This document shows, piece by piece, positions 22,101-30,937 of a DNA stretch of 64,000 nt. How positions within the stretch are numbered: position 1 is the stretch's first letter; every line of letters starts with the position of its first letter. A model generated the notes under the pieces. It saw only the letters and a program-made list of their open reading frames with translations, was not told where the DNA came from and searched no databases. Position numbers and translations under genes: made by a program. The DNA comes from a candidate division WWE3 bacterium. GTDB lineage: Bacteria; Patescibacteriota; 4484-211; GCA-002791395. The stretch is from contig JAAXWF010000002.1 of NCBI GenBank assembly GCA_013335095.1, positions 80,516 to 144,515 of the forward strand, read 5' to 3'.

Positions 22101-25100
22101 ACTTGAACCAATCCATGTATCTAGAGAGTTTGTAGACCAACCAATGGCATGCCCAAATGAGATCTGACCATAACCAATAGCCACATAGTAAGGTACATCG
22201 GCCTCTGCATATAAACTACCTTTTGCTATCAAAAATTGCCAATCATGACTCGTATTGGCATTTGTATCGTAAAACCACCCCGAAATAGTGTAATTATTCG
22301 TTAAGTTGAGTGATGCTGTATTGGGTATAGCAATATAGTCACTAGTACCATCAAATGCCGTACCTAATCCATATCGCCCATTAACAGATGTCGTATTGCC
22401 ATTCCACGCACCATCAACACCATTTCCCGATTTGTCACATGAATCATTAGTACCTCCAGTACAACTATTTGCTGCAGTTTCATCCATAGGCCAATACCCA
22501 ACGAGACCATCTGATAAAGAAATTGCCGCATCACTCCCCCCAAAGGATGCCGAGATTCCAACATCATTGTTTTTACTACGAAAATCACCTAAAACCAAGT
22601 TATTCAAACGAGCGTAGTTATAAAATTTAACCTCATCAATTGATCCAGTCCAATAATTTTCTACACTAGTTCCGTTATATCCAGCGCCAACATACAGCGT
22701 AGGGGATGAACCTGAAATTGACCCAGTCGCACTGATACCTCCCTGTTGATCGACAAGCATGCCGTCAACATACAAAGAGAGCGTTGAAGTTCCATTTTTC
22801 ACCATTTCAACAAAATGCCATTTTGAATCGGCATACGATGCAGTCGAGCAGGCATCATCTTCAGGAAACGAGGTTGCGTCGTCATCGATACCAAAACAAA
22901 TCGTACCACTGCTATTCATATATGCTTTGTATCCGCCACTCGCATATCGAGTAATGAGCGTATCTGTACCACTAACTACACTTGGATGTCTAAACCACAT
23001 TGAAACGGTAAAGCTTTCGGTGGATGGATTTAGTTCAGTATCGGAAGAATATGTCCTTGAAACAACATCATTTGTACCGTCAAACAGTAGACATTTATCA
23101 GAAGCGCATAAACTCTCATCTTGCCACACGGGACCGTTTAACACCGCTGAATTAAGGCTACTTGTCGCATCATTAATAGTAGTACCAGTACCTTCGTTAA
23201 GAGGATAATACAAAGTGGCGGTACCATCAGTAATACAACTTGATACAAACTTCCAATTAGTGTTACTTACCGACGTAGAAGAATATGCAGTGACCTTACC
23301 ATTCTGATCTCTTACCGATACATCGAATATTTCAAAGGAACCATTACCTGACCACGTCCGAGCAGAACCATTTGTAGTGGAAGTAATTGCAATAGCATCA
23401 GATCCACCACATCCCGACATTGTTCCAAATAACATCGCGCCACTATTTGTGACACCACTAGATCCAACAGTCATATCCCCAGTTGAACTATTCTTCCATA
23501 CCCCCGTAGTTGTAATCGTGTATGAGCCAGAATTTATTGAAGAATCGAATTGATTGAACTGACCAGAAACAGTTGTAACATCATCAACGGTCAATGTATA
23601 TGCGCCAGATAAGTTAAATACAGAGTCGACAGATACAATAAAGTCCTGGCCCGTTCCATCCAAAGAAAGATTTGAGCTAAGAATAAATTTACCATCTGAC
23701 TTATTTACCGTAAAAGTGCCGTCAGGTAACTCGCCACCACTCGATGAAAACGTTTGATCTTTATTTCCTAATATCTTTATTGGAACGTTTCCACTAGTAC
23801 CATTGTTTGCAATCGTAATATTACCCGAGACTGCGAGTATTCCTGGTCCATCTACGTATCCAGATCCACACCCACCGCTGTCAAAAGTCAAAGTACCGTC
23901 TATCGTTAAGGTTGTGCCTGAAGCGACCGCCAAATTATCGTTGCATGATAATACCGTAAAGTTATAAAAACTTTGACTTCCGGTTATTACACCAGTCCAA
24001 TCGTACGATGAGGTAAACAGCACCGTACTGGTACCAAAGTTTAGAGTACCACCTGTATACGTGTAATCGTTTGTAAAACGTATTGTTCCGCTAAATATAA
24101 GTACTCCGCTCGATTTGTTTACTACAATCGAAGGAAACGCAGCTGTACTGCTATCACCGGAAATAGTCTGATTACCTACACCATTTATAGTTATAACTCC
24201 ATCTCCTGTAATACCGTTACTTGTTGAGGTAATATCTCCATTTGCAATTATCGAACCGGGTCCCTCTAATACTCCACTTCCACACCCATGACTGTCCAAG
24301 GTTAATGTACCATCTACTGTAATTGTTGTACCTGATGCAATTGATAGATTATCTTGGCACGAATATATCGTAAAGTTATAAAAACTTTGACTTCCGGTTA
24401 TTACACCAGTCCAATCGTACGATGAGGAAAAAAGTACTGTACTAGTACCTACACTTAAAGTACCTGCTGTATACGTGTAATCGTTCGGAAAACGCATCGT
24501 TCCACTATATGTAAGAATTCCACTAGGCTTATTTACTACAATTGAAGGTAAGGATGCGGAACTGCCATCTCCTGAAATAGTCTGATTCCCGGTACCACTT
24601 ATAGTTATAACTCCATCTCCTGTAATACCGTTACTTGTTGAGGTAATATCTCCATTTGCAATTATCGAACCGGGTCCCTCTAATACTCCGCTTCCACACC
24701 CATGACTGTCCAAGGTTAATGTACCATCTACTGTAATTGTTGTACCTGATGCTATCGATAAATTATCGGCACAGGAATAAATCGAAAAGTTATTAAAATT
24801 TCGAGATCCACTTACAACGCTGTAATAATCATCTGATGCGGTTATACGAACAGTTCCTGAATTTGTATTAAAGGTACCACCTGATATCGTCCAGTTATCA
24901 TATTCTGATAGGATCCCGCCAGTAGAGGTAAACGTTCCTCCCGATAGTAAAAAGTCGCCGCCATATTGAATAGTTATGTCTCCAGAACTCGCTCCAGTAA
25001 ATGTACCGCCGCGCTGTTCGAATCCCAGTGAGCCGATATAAAAAGACACACCCGAACCTTGAGTAACCGTCCCTGAGTAGTTTGTTTCAATTAATATGCC

Positions 25101-25421
25101 ACCACCAGTATCATCTGGATCATTGAATCCTGAGTTTATCGTTACATTTTTATTTGGAGTACCAGTAGTACACGTCGGACCTCCAAAGATAGCCCGATCG
25201 GTGTTGGCAGGTACAGTATTTCCAGCCCAATTTGCTCCTTCGGTCCAATTATTCGTACTACCCTCACCATCCCAACATTTATCAGCCGCCATCGAGACAT
25301 TGGGCGAAGACAACGAAATAATCCATAAAACAAATATAGTAATGACAATACGTACCCCTTGGAGTGAAAATAAATTTTGAGCAGTCATAAATAAACTATT
25401 TCTCATTCGACGAAATATCAA
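19191..25421 (-). CDS. Giant secreted protein C: Gly/Ser/Thr-rich beta-helix-like N-terminal region plus 6 LamG
   Basis: WDGEGSTNNW..ANW passenger-like start, ~730 aa G/S/T-rich repeats, then the shared LamG scaffold. Start uncertain (25421, 25406 or 25388). Confidence 0.88.
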   Translation of the reverse strand: MIFRRMRNSLFMTAQNLFSLQGVRIVITIFVLWIISLSSPNVSMAADKCWDGEGSTNNWTEGANWAGNTVPANTDRAIFGGPTCTTGTPNKNVTINSGFNDPDDTGGGILIETNYSGTVTQGSGVSFYIGSLGFEQRGGTFTGASSGDITIQYGGDFLLSGGTFTSTGGILSEYDNWTISGGTFNTNSGTVRITASDDYYSVVSGSRNFNNFSIYSCADNLSIASGTTITVDGTLTLDSHGCGSGVLEGPGSIIANGDITSTSNGITGDGVITISGTGNQTISGDGSSASLPSIVVNKPSGILTYSGTMRFPNDYTYTAGTLSVGTSTVLFSSSYDWTGVITGSQSFYNFTIYSCQDNLSIASGTTITVDGTLTLDSHGCGSGVLEGPGSIIANGDITSTSNGITGDGVITINGVGNQTISGDSSTAAFPSIVVNKSSGVLIFSGTIRFTNDYTYTGGTLNFGTSTVLFTSSYDWTGVITGSQSFYNFTVLSCNDNLAVASGTTLTIDGTLTFDSGGCGSGYVDGPGILAVSGNITIANNGTSGNVPIKILGNKDQTFSSSGGELPDGTFTVNKSDGKFILSSNLSLDGTGQDFIVSVDSVFNLSGAYTLTVDDVTTVSGQFNQFDSSINSGSYTITTTGVWKNSSTGDMTVGSSGVTNSGAMLFGTMSGCGGSDAIAITSTTNGSARTWSGNGSFEIFDVSVRDQNGKVTAYSSTSVSNTNWKFVSSCITDGTATLYYPLNEGTGTTINDATSSLNSAVLNGPVWQDESLCASDKCLLFDGTNDVVSRTYSSDTELNPSTESFTVSMWFRHPSVVSGTDTLITRYASGGYKAYMNSSGTICFGIDDDATSFPEDDACSTASYADSKWHFVEMVKNGTSTLSLYVDGMLVDQQGGISATGSISGSSPTLYVGAGYNGTSVENYWTGSIDEVKFYNYARLNNLVLGDFRSKNNDVGISASFGGSDAAISLSDGLVGYWPMDETAANSCTGGTNDSCDKSGNGVDGAWNGNTTSVNGRYGLGTAFDGTSDYIAIPNTASLNLTNNYTISGWFYDTNANTSHDWQFLIAKGSLYAEADVPYYVAIGYGQISFGHAIGWSTNSLDTWIGSSEQNKWYHFAASFDEGKNLASLYINGVLVETAVDTSVPVGNSSATAIGALSSGTSGFNGYIDDLRIYNRALDGAEISRLYNWVPGPIGYWKFDEGSSSTANDSSGRGYDGSITGSAQWTNGKYGKALTIDGVNDVVSAGSPAAFDNLSALTISYWTQNKNGSDDEAIGKNASHGSSGWGVNNYKDDDIQFEVGYSTSNLYASTAGNDGSANSTYDPSKWYHVAVTWDGSSTTAGIKIYYNGTSVPFTGGNASGSREDDSSQTLEIGNHSWGGNMDDVRLYNYVRTPSQIIQDMNAGHPLVGTPVGSAALHMNFDEGYGTTANNIGTGGSTLNGTLTNMASPATSTSGWTNDGKYYKGIKFDGSNDYINVSSGLALANSSFTLSSWVKRAASGIATTIISSGTQQLVNRMLDFRFNPNNTLHCGFYANDIYSTATYTDSNWHHVACSYNATTKARVLYMDGKVVASDTTSSDYIGGSNLDIGRNSYDGGEYFNGSIDEVKIYLTDLTQTDILSEYNSGKVQTFGATSTASDGKTPDNSAAREYCVPGDASTCNPPVAVWNFDEKSGTTVNDLSGNAFNGSLLGSPSWGIGKIGNAVLFDGTDDRMQVTHNALLNPASYTLSTWFYITGNEGTTRWIVTKGPANNSGSTHYAMLVTNSDRISYQTYEGGTRGCDGSTLTSNRWYYATMTYNATGRAHTGYLNGVLDCTATGTYDLGGTTDHILFGDQIDAGYYGGDYFKGVIDKTTLYSYVRTPEQIAWDYNHGAPLAHWEFDETSGSTAYDSTGNGLNGTLTNSPTRTTSGKFNSGILFDGVDDYITLGNPALLQTFTSMSISAWVKGTNLPVNDYRFIYSKDTAGFYVAIYNKLVRFRSSDLTSDMTDSTTSLNNNTWYFITVTYDGSAVKIYIDGKLDATESATGIISENTGPATIGMFTPATGYFDGTIDDVQIYNYALTSEQIKMVMNQNSAVKFTQ
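23955..24752. repeat. Intragenic 414-bp-period direct repeat in gene C
   Basis: 23955-24013 is identical to 24369-24427 (59 nt); 24187-24338 matches 24601-24752 (152 nt, 1 mismatch). Confidence 0.9.
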
Positions 25422-25830
25422 TAATAGTATCGTTTACCGGATCATATACAATACTCATTGTTTCAAAAAGTAACACAACATTACCTTCACTTACTTTAGT
25501 GATTTTTTTTAAACGTTTAAGTGATTCTACGTCTTTTACCACACCAACAGTTGCCGATGAGTTTTGTGGTATCTGAATTGTTTTTTCAATTTCATGTACA
25601 TATTCATTCTTTTCAACTTGATCAGCTTGTAGTGTATTAATATTTTTTAAGTATCGATCTACGCGGCGATCCAAGTAGACGATAAGAAAGCACAGTAAAG
25701 GAAGCATGACCATAGAGGTAACAAAAAACATACGGTACTTCCTTAGCAATGGATAATCTAAAACGATTGTGTGAGTCTTTTTCTGTAGCAAATTTAGACG
25801 ATCCTTTATTCTATTTATTAATTGATTCAT
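25396..25830 (-). CDS. Small single-TM protein, divergent homolog of the N-terminal domain of 3694-4416
   Basis: IQIPQNSSATVGVVKDVESLK..KVSEGNVVLLF..IVYDPVNDTIIDI aligns with MVLPAEEPTLATVTDKSKLE..GAENGDKVFIF..VLYRPASDRIIDV; TATAAT (25839-25844) 8 nt upstream. Confidence 0.7.
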   Translation of the reverse strand: MNQLINRIKDRLNLLQKKTHTIVLDYPLLRKYRMFFVTSMVMLPLLCFLIVYLDRRVDRYLKNINTLQADQVEKNEYVHEIEKTIQIPQNSSATVGVVKDVESLKRLKKITKVSEGNVVLLFETMSIVYDPVNDTIIDISSNEK

Positions 25831-25860
25831 ACAGGTTCATTATAGTCAAACGACGCTCCG

Positions 25861-28800
25861 CTAGAAACGCACCGATGCATTGTCATTTAGGGCCGTCTGT
25901 ACTTGCAGTTGTGAAAGGGGATAATTATAAATCCTAACATCATCGATAGTTCCGGTAAACGTGCGATCAGTGGCGGATCGACTTCCAATTATTACATCGC
26001 GCGAAGAGTCATCACTGGCCGATGTTGCCGGAGTATTATTTTCAGTCGTCGAAACAAGCTTGCCGTTGATATAAAAGATTGGATCGTTTGAAGCACTGGA
26101 TCGATTATAGACAACCGCGACATGAGTCCATTGAGATAAAGAGATCGAATTTGTCGGAGTAGACCACCATCCCCAATTCGCACCGCCAAAATTTATGAAA
26201 AATCCTAAGCTATTGTTGTTGCACAGAATACCGCCATCACTACACACAAATAGTCCCCATCCGCTCGACGAAACAGGATCAGTTCCTTTATCTACGATCC
26301 GTCCAAATCCGCCTTCACCATAACTAGTTGGATTAATCCAAGCCGCGACAGTCACCATATTCAAATTATCTAATGCAGTTGGAGACCCTGCATTTATGTT
26401 ATCGTCAATTCCATCAAAAGTTACGGCACTTGAGATATGCCCCAAAGTCGTTCGTGTTGGTGTATTCGTAAATGTACCGTTAAATGCATTTCCCGAAGCA
26501 TCATATGCAGTACTGCCGGATGTTTCATCAAGTTTCCAATGAGCTACAGGAAGACCTCGATTATAATCCCATGCAACTTGAGCGGGCGTGCGCGCATAGT
26601 CATATAACAGGACGTTGTCTAAAGATCCCGATAAGGGGAAAATCCCTCCGGAACCGTGATTAAACAATGAATTAACGACTAATGAGGTAGTACCATTACT
26701 TAGTGTTTGGGTAGATCCTTGCATCACACCATTTACGTAAAAGGTAACCGAACTGGACTGGCGAGCAATTTCTAAGTGATACCATCGATTTGCAGTAAAA
26801 CCTGAATGTGAAACCGCAACAGCTTCTCCCAAAGCCGGACTATAATAAATATTCCCCGAACTTCCAATACTATCGATATAAACGCCATATATACCTGGTG
26901 AGTTTCCCACAAGAACGGCGTCATTATTCGAAGATTCTTGATGCTTAAACCATAGACTTATGGTATTGCTAGTACCTAAATTCAAATTGCTAAATGTAGC
27001 AACATCGGCGGAATCATTGCCTGCCATTGTATACGTTTTTCCGATCTTTCCCGGCTCCCATTGTCCAACTGTTGAGCTATCAACGAGAGTTGCATCACGA
27101 TTGTTGCCGGAACGATCTTTAATGCTGCTACCGGTACCATCATCAAAACTCCATACTGCAACCGGAGGATTACAGGAAGCCGCATCACCTGGAACGCAAT
27201 ATTGGCGGTCAGATGAATTAGATGTCGTCGTTCCATTACTGGCGGTAGACAGAGATCCTAAAGTTAATGAACTTGACTGATTTCTAAGGTTTTTTACTTG
27301 ATCTGATGATAGGGGTGAATTGAAAATATGTACGTCATCAATCGTACCGTCAAACTCATTATCAGCGCCATCGCTACGACGGCCAATATCAACCGTCGAA
27401 CTACCATTTGACATACTATATGCAGGAGTGGTATCGGTATATCGGAGTTCACCATCGAGATAAATGTCCAATCGGACATCACTAATAATTACGCACGTTA
27501 AATTATGCCAAGATCCAGTAGTGACATTTACCCCTGTAATATAGCCCTCACCACCACCGGCTCCAAGATGATTATTACCACCTGCCGTCCACGCTTCACA
27601 GTACGCATTACTGGTGCCGTAAAAACCTAAGCCCCATTCATAATTATCAGTAGTCCCTTTAGTTACCAAGTATGTTCTCGAACCGCTTGCAATCGAGTCG
27701 GCATTAAACCACGCTGAGACGGTTAGTCCTTCATTCCATGATGGGGAAAAAATATCTCGATCGGGGATGGAAATATAATCATCGACGCCATCAAACTTCA
27801 ATGCTTTATCAAATTTGCCTGAATTAGTCCAACCAGAAGAAGCACTGGCAGGAGATGAGAATCCATTTAGCGATCCATTAATTGATGATCCATCAGAACC
27901 GCTATTATTGGCAGTTGTACTATTTCCTTCATCGAATTTCCAATAACCGGCAGATACGGGAACAACAGGATCATTCGTCGATGCACCGTGCATATCTGCC
28001 AAGATTTGATCATACGTTTGAGCATAATTATAAATACGGACATCATCAATAATGCCTGGAATAACCATAGTAGGAGACCAAGGTTCAGCGCCAAACCATA
28101 AATTTGAAGCACCAACGTAGGAGATAGCACCTGTATAGTTGTTAGTACCTGATAATATTCCGTCTACATAAATATTAACTGTAGATCCATCATAAGTTCC
28201 CGTAAGGAAATACCAAGTATCTGGTAACAACGTTGCACTAACGGCGGTAGTTGATCCAGAACCATAAAGTACACGAAACCGGGCAAAAGTACTTGTACCA
28301 CTTCCATCAGTATTCAGATGCAAAGAATAACCTGCCTGATTATTCCAATCTTGATCAGAAATAATTCCAGCTTCTTTCCAAGCAGTATGCATTGATGAAT
28401 CAAATTTGATCCATGCCGAAACGGTTAATCGCTGAGGACGAAGCAAGGCATTGTTATTTACAACAATACGATCATCTGAACCCGAGAATTGAACTCCCTT
28501 ACTAACCTTCGATGATACCCATGGATCTGCAGGAAGATTCGTTAAGGTCCCATCATTCGCATTGCCTGACAAATCTTGAGCGACAGTTCCACTACCATCA
28601 TTTAAGTTCCAATATCCGATTGGTCCAGGGGCAAAATGATATAAAGCCATTACATCATTTGAAGTCAAAGCTCTATTATAAATGCGTAGTTCATCAAAAT
28701 TAGCTGATGTCGGAGTACCTATTAGACTATCTCGGCCAATGAATAATAGATTGCTCGAATAATTTCTAGATTCTGATGCAGTATGTTCTGCTATACCATC

Positions 28801-30930
28801 TATGTAAATCGTTTGGGTGTTATTATTAACGACATAAGTCACTGCATGCCAATTATTGTCATTAATATCACTTACCGATGTAGCGGATCCGTTTGAAGAT
28901 CCATCAATCGAGCAATTAATTTTATTTAAAGAGACACCATCTATCCGACAATACAACTGATCAAAGCTTATGGGAATACCTGAAGTTGCCGCTGTCTTAA
29001 TCCAAAAGTGAATAGTCAAAAAGTTAGATGTTAAATCAAATTGATTCGAAGAAACTAGGTAATTCGAATCATTTCCATCTGTACTTATAGCATTTCCATA
29101 ATTACCAGGACTATAAGAAGCCGAGCCTTGTAAACCGCCATCGATCCCATTTCCTGATTTATCACACGTATCATTAATCCCACCGGTACAGCTATTAGCT
29201 GCAGTTTCATCCATCGGCCAATATCCTACAAGCCCATCAGAAAGTGATTTGTTCGATCTTGATCCCATCGTCACTCCGCTTAAATTAGTACCGCCGGAAT
29301 CATACAATGCAACTATTTGAGCAGGTGAGAGAACGGCAGAATATAATTGGACCTCATCAAAGAAGCCTTGCCCGTAATTTGAGCTTATTTGTGCTATTTT
29401 TAACGCTGTTGCGTTTATCCCTGTAGCTGTAGTAACAACAACATGATTCCAACGATTCGTTTGAATTGTCGATGAGATTTTTCCATTCACATAAATGGTT
29501 GGAGAAATAAAACCAGTTGCAGACAGGGTCCCTGAAGATGATTGAATGTAGGCTGAACCATTCAAATCAATAAACTGTTCGGATGCAGTCATTGGACGAA
29601 CCCAAAAGGCCGCAGTTTTAACACCAGATGTTGTTTGTGCCGACGTAACGACATCATTACTACCATCAAAATATAAACATTTTCCCGAAACACACAGATC
29701 TTCTGATTGCCATGTGGCACCATTAATTGAACCCACCACATTATTTGAACCAGAGTTATTCACCGTAGTCCCAAATCCTTCATCAAATGACAGTCGAACT
29801 TCTGGATCAGTTGGGGATTGTGGAACCGAAACCGTTTTAATAAATGACGATGGGTCGTTTTGATTGGCGTATTCAGTCGCAACCCAATCCGATGACAGTT
29901 GATTATTAGAAACCCGTACTTCATCTAACTGACCATCAAAGTTCCAACCACTATAAAACATAATTGCTCCAATCCGAGCCGCACCTGAACCGATGTAATC
30001 GGACGGCGCAGTATCAGATGCAACCGAAACACCGTCTCGATAAATATTTCTTGCATTTGTTGCTGCGTTGTAGGTGCAATTCCAATAATGCCAATTTGTA
30101 TCTGTATACGTTGGGGTATCTAAATCGTTCGAGTAAAAAGCAAATGTAAATGTATTTGAGTTTCGAAATCCTATGTGAAGAGAGCCGTTTGTGACAATAC
30201 TGGCAACTTGACCAACAACAAAATCATAGTCATTAATAATGTCTCTTTTTGCCCAAAAGCTAATTGAGAATGAATTACTCGCAACATTGATTGCTGAAGA
30301 ATCGTTTATTTCGTCATCACTGCCGTCTAGATTTAGACCGTTACCAACTCTCGCTGAAACAAGTTGCGATGACAACATAGATCCTGAAGTCGTACCATCA
30401 TTATTTTGTGATGTAGAATCCTGCATTTGGGGTGCCGTTCCACCTGGATCTTCCTTTAAATGCCAAACGCTTAAGTACGAATTATTCCATGTTGCAGATA
30501 TGCTCTGCTGATTTGTAGCATTTGCATTACCATAATACATATAGATAGTAGTGTCATCGTTATAATCTAGGGTCGGTACCTCAACCCAGGCAATAAGTTC
30601 ACCGGTTGATGCATTGTATGATTCAATCTCATGGTCTAGTTTTGTAGAACCATCGCTTGAAGTAAAGACGATATCATCGCCATCTGATTGAGCTGAAGAT
30701 TTGAGATCACCATCAGTTCTATTTATTAAAACGGGAAAATTTATTAAGTCAGCAGATCCAGAAACCTTACTTTCGTCAATAACTAACATTTTTCGATATG
30801 ACCATGAGGAGTTATACCATGCAGCCTGTGCTGATTTAGGCGTAAAAAGAAAATATACTCCTGTTGCAATAAAAAGGATCAGAGAAAAAATAAAAAATAT
30901 TTTTGAAAACTTTTGTTTCATATTAGACAA
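25861..30930 (-). CDS. Giant secreted DUF2341 + multi-LamG protein D (7 LamG)
   Basis: TM + PKSAQA|AWY; DUF2341-type N-terminus close to B and E; shared scaffold linkers. Start may be ATG 30921. Confidence 0.9.
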   Translation of the reverse strand: MSNMKQKFSKIFFIFSLILFIATGVYFLFTPKSAQAAWYNSSWSYRKMLVIDESKVSGSADLINFPVLINRTDGDLKSSAQSDGDDIVFTSSDGSTKLDHEIESYNASTGELIAWVEVPTLDYNDDTTIYMYYGNANATNQQSISATWNNSYLSVWHLKEDPGGTAPQMQDSTSQNNDGTTSGSMLSSQLVSARVGNGLNLDGSDDEINDSSAINVASNSFSISFWAKRDIINDYDFVVGQVASIVTNGSLHIGFRNSNTFTFAFYSNDLDTPTYTDTNWHYWNCTYNAATNARNIYRDGVSVASDTAPSDYIGSGAARIGAIMFYSGWNFDGQLDEVRVSNNQLSSDWVATEYANQNDPSSFIKTVSVPQSPTDPEVRLSFDEGFGTTVNNSGSNNVVGSINGATWQSEDLCVSGKCLYFDGSNDVVTSAQTTSGVKTAAFWVRPMTASEQFIDLNGSAYIQSSSGTLSATGFISPTIYVNGKISSTIQTNRWNHVVVTTATGINATALKIAQISSNYGQGFFDEVQLYSAVLSPAQIVALYDSGGTNLSGVTMGSRSNKSLSDGLVGYWPMDETAANSCTGGINDTCDKSGNGIDGGLQGSASYSPGNYGNAISTDGNDSNYLVSSNQFDLTSNFLTIHFWIKTAATSGIPISFDQLYCRIDGVSLNKINCSIDGSSNGSATSVSDINDNNWHAVTYVVNNNTQTIYIDGIAEHTASESRNYSSNLLFIGRDSLIGTPTSANFDELRIYNRALTSNDVMALYHFAPGPIGYWNLNDGSGTVAQDLSGNANDGTLTNLPADPWVSSKVSKGVQFSGSDDRIVVNNNALLRPQRLTVSAWIKFDSSMHTAWKEAGIISDQDWNNQAGYSLHLNTDGSGTSTFARFRVLYGSGSTTAVSATLLPDTWYFLTGTYDGSTVNIYVDGILSGTNNYTGAISYVGASNLWFGAEPWSPTMVIPGIIDDVRIYNYAQTYDQILADMHGASTNDPVVPVSAGYWKFDEGNSTTANNSGSDGSSINGSLNGFSSPASASSGWTNSGKFDKALKFDGVDDYISIPDRDIFSPSWNEGLTVSAWFNADSIASGSRTYLVTKGTTDNYEWGLGFYGTSNAYCEAWTAGGNNHLGAGGGEGYITGVNVTTGSWHNLTCVIISDVRLDIYLDGELRYTDTTPAYSMSNGSSTVDIGRRSDGADNEFDGTIDDVHIFNSPLSSDQVKNLRNQSSSLTLGSLSTASNGTTTSNSSDRQYCVPGDAASCNPPVAVWSFDDGTGSSIKDRSGNNRDATLVDSSTVGQWEPGKIGKTYTMAGNDSADVATFSNLNLGTSNTISLWFKHQESSNNDAVLVGNSPGIYGVYIDSIGSSGNIYYSPALGEAVAVSHSGFTANRWYHLEIARQSSSVTFYVNGVMQGSTQTLSNGTTSLVVNSLFNHGSGGIFPLSGSLDNVLLYDYARTPAQVAWDYNRGLPVAHWKLDETSGSTAYDASGNAFNGTFTNTPTRTTLGHISSAVTFDGIDDNINAGSPTALDNLNMVTVAAWINPTSYGEGGFGRIVDKGTDPVSSSGWGLFVCSDGGILCNNNSLGFFINFGGANWGWWSTPTNSISLSQWTHVAVVYNRSSASNDPIFYINGKLVSTTENNTPATSASDDSSRDVIIGSRSATDRTFTGTIDDVRIYNYPLSQLQVQTALNDNASVRF

Positions 30931-30937
30931 ATGAAAG

